Source of the DNA: Sphaeroforma arctica JP610
Lineage: Eukaryota
Assembly (NCBI RefSeq): GCF_001186125.1
Contig: NW_014040504.1
Location: 120,864 to 155,629 of the forward strand
Direction: 5' to 3'
DNA length: 34,766 bases
Shown here one piece after another: positions 10,563-28,000 of this stretch; within the stretch, counting starts at the first letter, position 1; every line of letters begins with the position of its first letter. A program made the position numbers and the translations under genes. Under the pieces are notes generated by a model. The model was not told the origin of the DNA and searched no databases. It saw only the letters and a list, made by a program, of their open reading frames with translations.

Positions 10563-13500
10563 ATGCAAAGTAGTATACTTTTGTGCCTGGCGGCCCTTTC
10601 TGGCTGTGCTAATGCACAATATGTACTGCAAGCGCTCTATCTCAACTTCATGGATACCACTGTTCAAGAAACCAATGGACTGTGTGTTTCGGGTCAACAA
10701 AGTAAGTATTTGTGCCTGCGACTATTCAGATATATTCTTTGCGATATAAGTGTCGACAATGAAGCCACTGTGCACTTTAACGAAGAGATTAGATGTTTGT
10801 CAACGTATGTCTGCTTACGTCTATATCTCATCCAGCCTTGGCACTGAGATTGGTGCATGCGTTTATATGTCTTCAATTCTGGGTGACAGATTGAATGAAG
10901 TTCAGTTATGTCTGTGGCTGTATCTATCTTCGACTCATTTCTAAGTCTCGCTAGGATCAGGTTCGACCATTCGCACTGTATGAAACGACGCATACTGGGC
11001 ATCCTGTGGCCAAGTAGTTTGCTACCTGCACGTTCGTAGGTGTATTTTTATTTATAGACTCACACAAATCATGGCTACATGGCCATCCCGCCGTTAGTTT
11101 TGTCGATTATACAACTTACCTTGCGCAGTTTAGTAAAGTACACCATAAAGTTATATTCAATTGCTAAATACGATTCTGTCTCCCTCCTCTCACAGGTAGC
11201 AATCAAATTCTATACACCACCTGCGGCAGCTTTGTAAGTTACTTGTCAAGTTTCACGTTCAGCTTGGTCGTGTTTTTATCTATTTCAGATCGTGGCTTTT
11301 CTTCTTTAGAGTTTGTGATGGCCTGTTCGCCTGTGTTCATCGGTTGGTTGCTAAGTCAGAAAGATCTTGACTCGAAAGGATATATTACAATGTTTTCCGT
11401 GTGTTTTGTCATCGCGCTAAATGGTTCTCGCGTAGTTAGTGTTATTACATGCAAAGTTGTATGTGCACGCACATTTATACATGTACGTATAAATGCATTT
11501 TAGAAAACAATACAGGCAAACTCAATACATATGTCAGAGTAGCATCTCCTCGGATACATGTTCATTTTTAGTTATACAAATTTCTTCTCGCTTGACTGAT
11601 GCTACATTGACGCAAAAATGTCGGGAGTCGTCTCAGCACAATTGCTGATGTGTGTTCTGGCTTCAATATACGTTGTGGCAACAAGAATTTTCGTGATATG
11701 CGTGTACTTCATTGCCTGCATTCTGCATGCCTATATCATCAAGCAGTGTTTTGACATAGAAATGTGTATAAACCTTTTACCTACTGTTTTGTTCTCTCTC
11801 TCTCCCGAAACCCGAAACAGGCCTCGGATTATAACTACGCGGAATTTAGTTTTGGACAAGCGCTGCTAGTCAGTCGAGTCGAGGGGTCGTGTCTCACTTT
11901 TCCAACGAGTATTGAGCCTGACAATATCACGGACCCGAACGCGATGATTCTGGCACCGTGTTCGATCACCAATACCTTGCAGCGCTTCGGTTACAATAGT
12001 GCCTTGACACCTGTCACTAACCCGGCGTCGTTTCCACAGCTAGTGAGCTCGGCCTATTTCATTAGTAAGTTGGTGTGAATTATGTCTTGGTATCTTGGCA
12101 CTTGTCCGTCAGTGAGTGAGTTCGAATACGTACCTCGGCTCTTGTTCCTAATCGAGTGTCTTACCTACCGGGATTTGTGTAGCATGTGTGAAAAAGCGCT
12201 GGGGGAGTCCCAATAAGTATTTAAAACAATCTGGTTCATCGATGGAGCAGCTTGCACGTGCGCACGCACACTATTATTCTCGATCACAAGGAACCTGCCC
12301 ATCTCAGATTTCACGAACACGTGATTTTATACCAATATCGCTTATTTTTCGGATGAAAGTATACTTCAGTATCACATACTACCCCCCCCCCCCCCCGCCC
12401 AATTGACCGGTAGCTTTGTACGACCTTTGCACTGGTAGACCTCCGTCCCGTACTACCTGAACTCCGATAATAACAATACATCCCTATGTTGCACCCTTTC
12501 TGCAGATGGAATACTCACACCAGTTTGCGTCCGCCCGTGTCTCGCGACAACGACTCGCACATGTGCGTACAGCGCCGCCTACATCGTAACCAATGGTCTG
12601 GGCCAGTGCAGTTTCTCGCAGGGTTCCACCCCCATCAACTCGGCTATTACCGCGGTCAATAACGGTATCATACCGGGATTTGGTACCACCACCTCTACCA
12701 CGAGTTACCTGGCCACGGTGGTCACGGGGACTGTCGCGCCGAGTACCAATTTTATCGTCGACGTGTCGACGCTATTCGTGGCCACAACCACTCAATTCGG
12801 CGGGGCCGTGTTCGTCACCTCCACATCTACTAATCAGCAGGTGTTTACCGAGGCCACGGCAACTACCGATGATTTCACGGAGACGCAAACGGTCTCTGCG
12901 ATTGTCTTTGAGAACACCACCTTGTTCTTTGCCAACGGTGTACAGACCACGCCCGTGGAAGGAGGAGGTCCCTTTGCTACGGGTGTGTTTCCTACCACAG
13001 ACGTGGTTAACCCATTCCCTGTCGTCACGACCACGTCTCAGTTTAATCCCTTTGGCCCTGTGGCCACCACCACATCAGCGTTCAATCCGTTTGCGACTGC
13101 CACCAGTGCGTTCAACCCATTCGCCACCACATCGATGTTCAATCCGTTTGCTACGAGCTCGGTGTTCAATCCGTTTGCTACGAGCTCGGTGTTCAATCCG
13201 TTCGCACGCAGTAGACCCACACCCGCGCCTCAGCCGAGCATGAACACCGACGCCGCCGACGGGGGTGTAGGTGTGTTTTATAAACAGGCCAATGAGATGA
13301 TGCGTCAGGAGGAGATGGAGCGCAACCGCTTTGTGGAGGCAGAGGACGACATGGCGTATCCTGAGGAGAATGCCTACCCGGAGAGCTCGGCTGAGGCAGT
13401 GAATACATCACATGAGAGCCAGTTCGCCGGAACTACGACTGGGCTTAGTACCAGCGCTATTGTGGCCATTTTGGTTTCGAGTTCGGTGCTGTTGTTGCTG

Positions 13501-13716
13501 TGCGTTTGCTCTATGGCGGCCATTGGATACAACTGGTACCAGAAGCGTAAGAATCGTGCGAACAAGAGTGTGGGTGATTGGGATGGTGAAAGTGTCACGT
13601 CAGATATCGAGACTGTAAGTATGCCACCTTCGGCTATGTACAGCAGCAAGAAGGGCAGTTTGTCCGTCAACGATGGAGAAAGCGACCTGACGATTCCCGG
13701 GAGTTTTGTGGTTTGA
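10563..13716 (+). CDS. Type I membrane glycoprotein (543 aa): signal peptide, ricin-B/beta-trefoil-like lectin repeats, Thr/Ser-rich mucin-like stalk with NPF repeats, TM helix, Ser/acidic cytoplasmic tail
   Basis: Exons 10563-10701, 11196-11233, 11821-12064 and 12506-13716 have GT..AG introns with phases 1,0,1 and give 1632 nt open. The N-terminus MQSSILLCLAALSGCANA|Q is signal-peptide-like. GLCVSG..NQILYTTC..EFSF and SCLT..MILAPCSITNTLQRFGY resemble ricin-B subrepeats (C..C..QxW/F). The TM segment AIVAILVSSSVLLLLCVCSMAAIGY is followed by QKRKNR (positive-inside). A further small exon between 10702 and 11195 cannot be excluded. Confidence 0.85.
13009..13203 (+). repeat. Coding tandem repeat encoding seven NPF units (FNPFATxSx), ending in exact 27-bp copies
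   Basis: Translation is VNPFPVVTTTSQFNPFGPVATTTSAFNPFATATSAFNPFATTSMFNPFATSSVFNPFATSSVFNPF. TTCAATCCGTTTGCTACGAGCTCGGTG is repeated exactly from 13138. Confidence 0.95.
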
Positions 13717-14694
13717 GGTGTATATATATATGTATATATATATACTCGTACAAAAGTTATCGCTTGTATGTGTACGCATGTATATATACAGGACAATACT
13801 AAGCTGGGTGGAGGGGTTCAATGGAGCCCATGATTGTATCAGAGTTCCCCCATTTTAAGCAAGCGGAGATTTGTATCGGGAGAGATAGTGTATCGTTATC
13901 TTGCAGAGCTATATTGTCACGAGGTGGGGATATCACCACATGTGCATCAGAAGCTGGATACCGATTGATTCGATACCGAAAGTAAAGTAAGACAGATGGA
14001 GGAAAATTAGGGGAGATATAAATGTATGCGACCGCGAAATATGCTTGTGTCGCATATATGAGCTGCCGGTTGTACTTAGGGTAGCAATCCAACATTGTAA
14101 TCAGGTTGGCCTTCGAATAATTAAAAGTGTACTATAGTTTTTATTGTATTTAAGGCAATAGTATCTAAGAAAATTTACAACACCACCGTGTGCCCATTGG
14201 TATTAGACTACACGTATTGAAAGCACAGATGTAGTTGCAAACGGATGTAAACAGGATACTTGCTTTTTGAACTTGTTTGAATCAAAATGTAGCAAGTGCC
14301 ATTGAAGGTGACTACCGACAACGATGGGATACGTGTGCTTGCACCCACATGGCACACTCAAAAGCTGCCATGTTTATGTGAAAACTACGGGCTTCATTGA
14401 AACTGCCCATCACCAGCTGAGGATAGACGAGGCAGCACCACATGATAGTTACATTCTGATTGTAATGGATTTTATTTGAAATTGTAAACGTTCAACACTG
14501 AGTAAGGCATTGTACATTGTGTACTAGAATAGGTAAACATTTCGTTACTTCTGCGTGCATTCGATTCTGCGTATTCAATCACTTGAGTTCGTTTAAAAAA
14601 TAGTACGCACTTTGTCCTACATATATATTTATATATATATATATATAAACATAATCATGTATATACTCATAAATATATGTGTATGTATATATAT

Positions 14695-14714
14695 NNNNNN
14701 NNNNNNNNNNNNNN
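14695..14714. other. Small assembly gap (N run)
   Basis: Run of n following a (TA)n tract. Confidence 1.
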
Positions 14715-15001
14715 TCAATGGATTGGGGCTTTTACTGTGTACAATGGATGCCAATATGAACGTCCTTGATGCCCATATGTATAGATACATCAGAATCGTG
14801 TATCTATCCTTAGATTTTCAGAACACAAGAATTAGTAGACATCTGACAACTCGAACTGTTCATTTTTTTTTTATATTTAGTGTATTTAGTCGAGTACAAT
14901 GTACAAAGAGGAAGAAATTAGAAAACACATAGAAGGCGGATTTTTTTGTCTTGTGATGACTCATGCTACCATTTTTGGAGTTCTGATTGATCAAGAGATA
15001 G

Positions 15002-15016
15002 CGAATATTCGGGAAA
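15002..15016. promoter_or_regulatory. Heat-shock element (three inverted nGAAn units)
   Basis: cGAAtaTTCggGAAa is a perfect match to nGAAnnTTCnnGAAn, ~285 bp upstream of the Hsp110 ATG. A partial GAAttTTC lies at 15118-15125. Confidence 0.7.
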
Positions 15017-15300
15017 TACGATTTCAAATTTTAGGGGATCTCGATAATTTATTTAATTGGGCCTATATTAGGCCTAATTATCCACCGTTCACGTGCGGGG
15101 TCAATCGCGGACGTTCTGAATTTTCCAAAGCCAAATTTCTAAAAAAAAAAACACGCACGCAGCCGATGGTAAATATCGTTATATACTACCGATGTGAAAT
15201 ATTTACATATATATATACGTACCTCGATACACGACACATACAGATACACACGTACATATAATAACACTACATATTATATATATATACATATTCTACAATC

Positions 15301-22223
<6,923 letters not shown>

Positions 22224-22325
22224 ACTACGCATCGATAACCCTTAGAACTGCAAGCTTTGCTTTGCTGCCCCTCTACTTACCTTTAGTCTATCGTCTGCTC
22301 TCACGAGTTGTGAGTTGTGTGCACG

Positions 22326-22331
22326 AATAAA
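22326..22331 (+). promoter_or_regulatory. Candidate polyadenylation signal of Hsp110
   Basis: AATAAA ~100 nt after the stop codon, followed by T/G-rich sequence. Confidence 0.45.
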
Positions 22332-22813
22332 ATCATACCAAATTATACCGCTTTCAGTTTGCTGTTCATGTGTTATCTGTCGCATAATGTGGAGGTGCAT
22401 ACGACACTATTCACTGTTGAGCTAACTATTTCCTAATTCTTCCAATATCCATTTTAGAATCTGTTCACCCCTAAAATCTCAGAGATAGTGCGCTACGGGT
22501 AGGTAGCGTGCAAGATTATAAATACACCCTCTAACCTCACAGAGGGAATCTCCCCCTTTGAGGACTCCGTCACTCTCGAAGGAAGAGCGTGTAGGGGGTG
22601 TCTTCTGAGAAATTCGCTGCGTACTATTCTCGTAGATTAATCAGTGCACATACCCGATTAAACCTATATGATGATGACACAAACGAGGAGTGTGCTGTGT
22701 GTATAGGGCGAGATGGCCAGTTGACAACCTACAGAAAACAAATGTTAAATACTGACATGACCCTCTAGAGAATAAAGAAAATACACCTGAACGGACTATG
22801 TCTGTAAATACTT

Positions 22814-22884
22814 ACCAATGGCTTTTAAATAAGAGATATTTTATCATACTGACCAATGGCTTTTAAATAAGAGATATCTTATCA
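22814..22884. repeat. Short direct duplication (33 bp x2)
   Basis: ACCAATGGCTTTTAAATAAGAGATAT[T/C]TTATCA occurs at 22814 and 22852. Confidence 0.9.
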
Positions 22885-23247
22885 AGAGAGTGATCATGTG
22901 GTAGATCCCCCTTCGAGATAATCCCTCGAAGAGGCTGTAAATACCTTTAATAGATCCATCGGTAAAACTAAATGTTTATTAAAAAATACAAGTGGACAGA
23001 GGAATACCGAATACTAGACTAAAAATTTCACTGCTCTTTACAAAACAAAATGGCTTCGAAATAATAGTATTTTTAAAAGACCATATTACACCAAATTTCG
23101 TCGCGTATGAGCCGATTGCAACAAGGGTCTATATCCAGCATTCGATTGGATGGGGTATTCATTGGCACCAATCAAAAGGAGAGAAATACAAGTACTTCGG
23201 TACCTTTAAGTAGGTGGTGCGACAACTAGAACGATAGCCAGTTTAGC

Positions 23248-23445
23248 CACAGGGGTTTCCGTTGTCTGGCTTCATTGGCTTCATATTAGCTTCATATTGG
23301 CTTCGCATTGACTCCATGTTGGCTTTGAATTGGCTTCAATTTTGAATCCATTTTTTGACATCACTTTTGGCTTCACGCTGGCTTCACTTTGGCTTTGGCG
23401 TGGCTTTATGTTGGCTTTGACATGGTTTCATATTGGTTCATTTTT
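23248..23445. repeat. Array of degenerate ~11-bp repeats (TTGGCTTCAxx), resembling transposon subterminal repeats
   Basis: ttggcttcata-ttagcttcata-ttggcttcgca-ttgactccatg-ttggctttgaa-ttggcttcaat and further copies, preceded by CACAGGGGTTTCC at 23248. Confidence 0.75.
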
Positions 23446-23549
23446 AGTGTGATTGATTATATATAATATATACACTGTTTGTTAAGTATACACGTACTCA
23501 TATTCGTTAGTTCGGTGTTATTCATAATACTAGTTAGCTGTAGTCTATA

Positions 23550-24952
23550 ATGCCTGGTCCTGGAGGGCGATGTTGTGCACGAGGATGTGGCTTGGTAGCG
23601 GTCAAGGGGAAGGACAGCTAGGTCACATTGGTCACATTGCATCGCTATAAGCCAGATTGGGATCAAGCTCTAGCAGGGCGTACAAGGCGATATGCGGCGA
23701 TGAGAGTATGCAGCAATCATTTCGGTGAAGACCAGTGGGTTATACATACGAATAGGAGACGTCCTCGACAGGGCTGAGTACCAATCTTAAACCTACCAGA
23801 ACCAATTGAGATGCCGCGAGCTGTAGACCAATCGATGGCAGCCACTGATCAGATAGTAAGTGCAAGTGGATCTCTGTCTAAAGACGTAGATGAAAATCCA
23901 AAAACAAAATCGATCGATACAGGCGTGATAGCTTCTAGGAGCCTGGAGACAATATCATCAGTATCCAAAGTACGTGGTTCCAGATCAACAAAAGATCGAC
24001 TCAGAACCAAGCAACTAACACAAAAACAAATAGTGAGAAAGAAAACACTAGTGCTATCGCACCAATAGTTGAAGCCACGGACAAAGGTTGCAAGAGATCT
24101 GAACAAGTATTAGAGAATATAGAGCCTGCTGCATCAACAAGTACCAAACTCAAAGAAACCCCTACTACTTCAGCTGACACCGACATCACTACATTGGCAA
24201 AATTTGGCACAAAAGGCAAAGGGTGAGCACAAGGTGACATAAATATAGCGGCTTTATTCGGACTCTGAGTATTCGGCGGCCGTATAATATTTGCCCATAA
24301 AGGTTACCGTACGTTGCGTGATATAGCATCCTACTACCTCGAAAATAAATCAACTAGTGGAGGAGGTAGTGATGGTTGGATACCAAAATGTTAGTGATTA
24401 TACAACTGATATAGTATTCTGTAGAATGGTATAGTTCTCTGGAAGTACATCACCTGCTATACAAACTGTAAACCTCGTATGCAAGAGTGAAGGAAAGTTT
24501 GATTTATGATATAGAACGCCACTACCTGCACGAAAAGCAAGCACCAGAATTAAAGGTGTAGCATCGCAAAAAAATGATCGTGCACATACGTTGCAATAGA
24601 ATATTGACTACATGGCGTGACAATGAAGAGAAAGACAACTGCATAAATGGAACTAGTATAGTTGCAACCTTAAATTGGCAATGGAGGAAAATATCTTGGA
24701 TTTAGTGTATTGGATAGGGCTGAGAAATCAATCTCAAGCAAGGTGGCTGACTGGCAAAAGAACTTGCCAAAAGACGAGGCAATACTGAACCATGTGGAAC
24801 AAATGCAAATATCAACGCATAAGGGCGCCAAGCAAGCAGAATCTATACAAGGAAATGATACAGCTGAAACGACTAAGCGACCAGTAAGTGATCGTATTGC
24901 AACTTCGGATGACATAGACGGGTCGGTAAAGAAGCTCAGATTTTTAGAATAA
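23550..24952 (+). pseudogene. THAP zinc-finger protein pseudogene, probably transposon-derived
   Basis: From ATG 23550, reading through TAG 23619-21 and TGA 23775-77, the frame gives MPGPGGRCCARGCGLVAVKGKDS*VTLVTLHRYKPDWDQALAGRTRRYAAMRVCSNHFGEDQWVIHTNRRRPRQG*VPILNLP. This matches the THAP signature (CxxxxC, LHRF/Y, W, RVCSxHF, AVP-like box). It is in frame with ORF 23811-24068. Downstream coding-like sequence with stops and frameshifts probably ends at TAA 24952, but the 3' extent is uncertain. Confidence 0.75.
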
Positions 24953-25030
24953 CATGCACTAGTCGTAAAATAAATTACATTCAGACATCCATGTGTATCC
25001 ATGTGTATCATGAGATCTTTTATTTTACTA

Positions 25031-28000
25031 CTATAATTCTATGTATTTTGTAGGATCCTGTGCAAACTGTGCACACACCTTCTTATGGCTTGCGATACTT
25101 TCGAACACTCAGGTTGCACCACACAATTCTACAGTACACTGTTTTTGTTTATGCGCCGATTTTTGTTTTTTCTTAGGTGTATGTGGCAGTGAATTTAGAA
25201 GTATCTGCCTGTTTAGTGTTGGCGTCTACACTATCTTATAAAGGTGCAAAGCTACGTGGTGTTGATGTGGGCTCGGGAAGCGCTATCGCTTCAGGGGCTA
25301 TCTAATTTATAGGCTGGGGGAAAGCCGGGCGTACTATTGCAGGATGTCGAATCGTGTAATCAGCCGTCTTGTCCATTGCTGCGTCCGCACCGGTCTCTGG
25401 CTCGTTTAGTTTATTAATCCAGGTAAACGACTCACTGTCAGCAGCAAACAGCGAACACCTTTTGGCATGATGGGCAATAGACACGAAATACTCCGAACAC
25501 AACTTGCATCTCTTGTATTCCGGATTTTCTCGCAGCTTTTTGGGCACAGACATGTGCCCTTTCTCTCTCTCTCGACATCCTCTGCAGACTTGTTGACCCA
25601 CCTGTACTGTGAATCATCTTCTTGAGATTTCTGCTTGCAGTATTCCTTTTTAACGTTTTCTAAAGTTGTAACGTATCGAGCTCCCCAATCCTTTCCTACA
25701 TCTGGCAACAAGCGCGTTAGAGCCATATCGGCTGATACTTTGTTTGCCGCGTATACACCCTGCATGTACCAATCACAACGCTGTTGCACCGCTTTCTCAC
25801 TAAGACGCAAACTGTCATCCTTGTTTCGAGACTTCTTTTTACAATAGCGAGGGTTCAATTTAGTATGTAATGCAGAATCTACCCCGATACGTATTAGTGC
25901 AGGAGCTGGAGGAATAAGATCACTTGCTTCTATTAATGCTAATCGAGCACGTTCAGCGTGTACATCTTGTACGACACTAGTGCCTGACACAAACTCTTGT
26001 ATTGTTTTTACGAAAACATCTCCTTACTGGGTACCTGTGCGATCGCTATAGGCATGCACTGTACCTTTATCTGGTGCCGGTTGACTTTCGGAAGTGTTTT
26101 CAATATCATTGTGATACTCCGTGTCGAATCTCTGAAGGATATAATAGTCGTGAAAGCTAGCTGTGTATGGCAACTTGACCGGCATTATTTCCGTCTGCGT
26201 GTAAGATGTCAATCCGTCATCATCGAAAACAACATCGTGGATCTCTGATGTGCCATGTCTTAGTATTTTCTTGGCCGCTGCATCCTGTGAATACTTACAA
26301 ACTTATACTAGGTGAACACTTCTGAATTACGTAAATAAAGCATTCATGATATTGAAGCTAGAATATAGTGGGGAAATTGGCTTACCTCTTTAGCAGTGCT
26401 GTTATCAAGACAGCTATCCCTAGACACTTTGACAAGGCCACCGCGCTATTCTTTATACATTTCGTGCCCTTCTGTGACACGTCGTCCCAACAGCATAGTG
26501 CTTTGTATATATCTAGTGGCCGAGTTATGTTTTTCATGGAATTAATACAGTTGGTGATATATCTCGCGACAAAAGAAAAATGTGCATCAAGCATCGATTT
26601 CCGCGCTAAGCTTCGGTGAACAGCCGGCGTAAGATACATAGATCCTTGCCCATACTCTCCAGCTTCCGGTTGATTTAGAAAGCGTTCAAGAAATTATCTT
26701 TGGCCGAAAATGCCGGCGCATTATCGCTCAACAATACAACTTTCCTTTTTGGTCGGATAGTTGTCGTTCAATGTGTCTCATGAGCGATCGCAGTGTTGTT
26801 TGTACACTATCACAACGGCGATTTGGTTGTGGTTTTGCATAACCATATCGAGACATCTTGTTTTTATTCGATCACCACACTTATCTCTATACATTATGGC
26901 TGCTCCCAACAGGCTGTGACCTCGCTTACCATAATATTTGATCATATCTTCTAAGTACCGCTGAGACAGAATTTTCTGTTTATGGTCAATTATGATTTAT
27001 AGTGATTCCTCATCCAATCCCGCCCGTATTCACTCGATGTGCAAAATCTTGCCAACCTCCACGTGCGGTATGGTTTTGGAACATAAAAATATCTTTGTCT
27101 ATTATCTTCAACACCGGCAAAATGGATGCCAGCTCGGAATAGTCCATGTCGTGACCTAGATCAGCTGCATCATCTAGAAAGGGAAGAGGTGGGCTTTCAT
27201 ATAGAAATTTAACGAATAGTTGCTTCTCGCTGCTATTATTCAACCCAGGCATACTGGATAGAAAAGGCCTAAAGGTACCCGCTTCTAGCTGCATAGCTTG
27301 TTCATCAGAAACCAGTCTATGTGCTTTTCGTCTGAGGGTCTCTCTTACGGAAACTTTCATTTGAGGCACCATTGTTCAATTCTCACACAATCTGGATAGC
27401 GGAAAGCATGGTCTTCACGGGTACACTTCGAAACGCCCACGGTACACTCGGGACAATGGAAATAATCTCCATCACATTCGCTAGCATCGTAGTTGCAATG
27501 TCTAGCATGATCACGTTTAAGAAGGCTATCTAGTTGTTTTACTTCGTTGTTATACGCTCCATATGCTTTAATAGCAAACGTCGAAAGAAATTCCATCTGT
27601 TGTATGAACATGGTATAATAGTAGGATAGACTCGCCTGCTGCTGTGCTGGTTTTGTCAGCATTGTCAACATCTGGTAAAGAAGATACGTCCGATTTGTTT
27701 ATACGTACCATCTGCTCCTTGTACTGTTCCGTTGGCGCAAATACTTACACTATTTATAGGTATTCTTTGCGGTTGGATAAGAAAACCAGCAGATAGTATA
27801 CGTGCATGACTTGAGGGTGTTACGATCCCTAGGTTATTACCCCGTCCACGATTGGATCACTCGAATCGGGTCTCTTACGTTTCTTTGCTGTACTAAGATG
27901 TGCATTTGGAGTCTGCGAACCAAAATGCTGATCGTATAGTTCCCATATCACTCTCTTGCTAAATTTCCTCAACATGTACGGCATATCCGCTAGCCTACAG

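Noticed and set aside
12593..13796. Alternative-frame and antisense ORFs over the membrane-protein last exon (likewise those over Hsp110 exons)
   Set aside because: They are shadow ORFs of GC-rich, codon-biased coding sequence.
26560..26640. LTPAVHRSLARKS as a tyrosine-recombinase HxxR motif (Crypton-like)
   Set aside because: It is an off-frame reading. The adjacent frame gives LFTEA*RGKSMLDAH, which fits the third acidic motif of a DDD transposase together with the SDNA and YYGKRG motifs.
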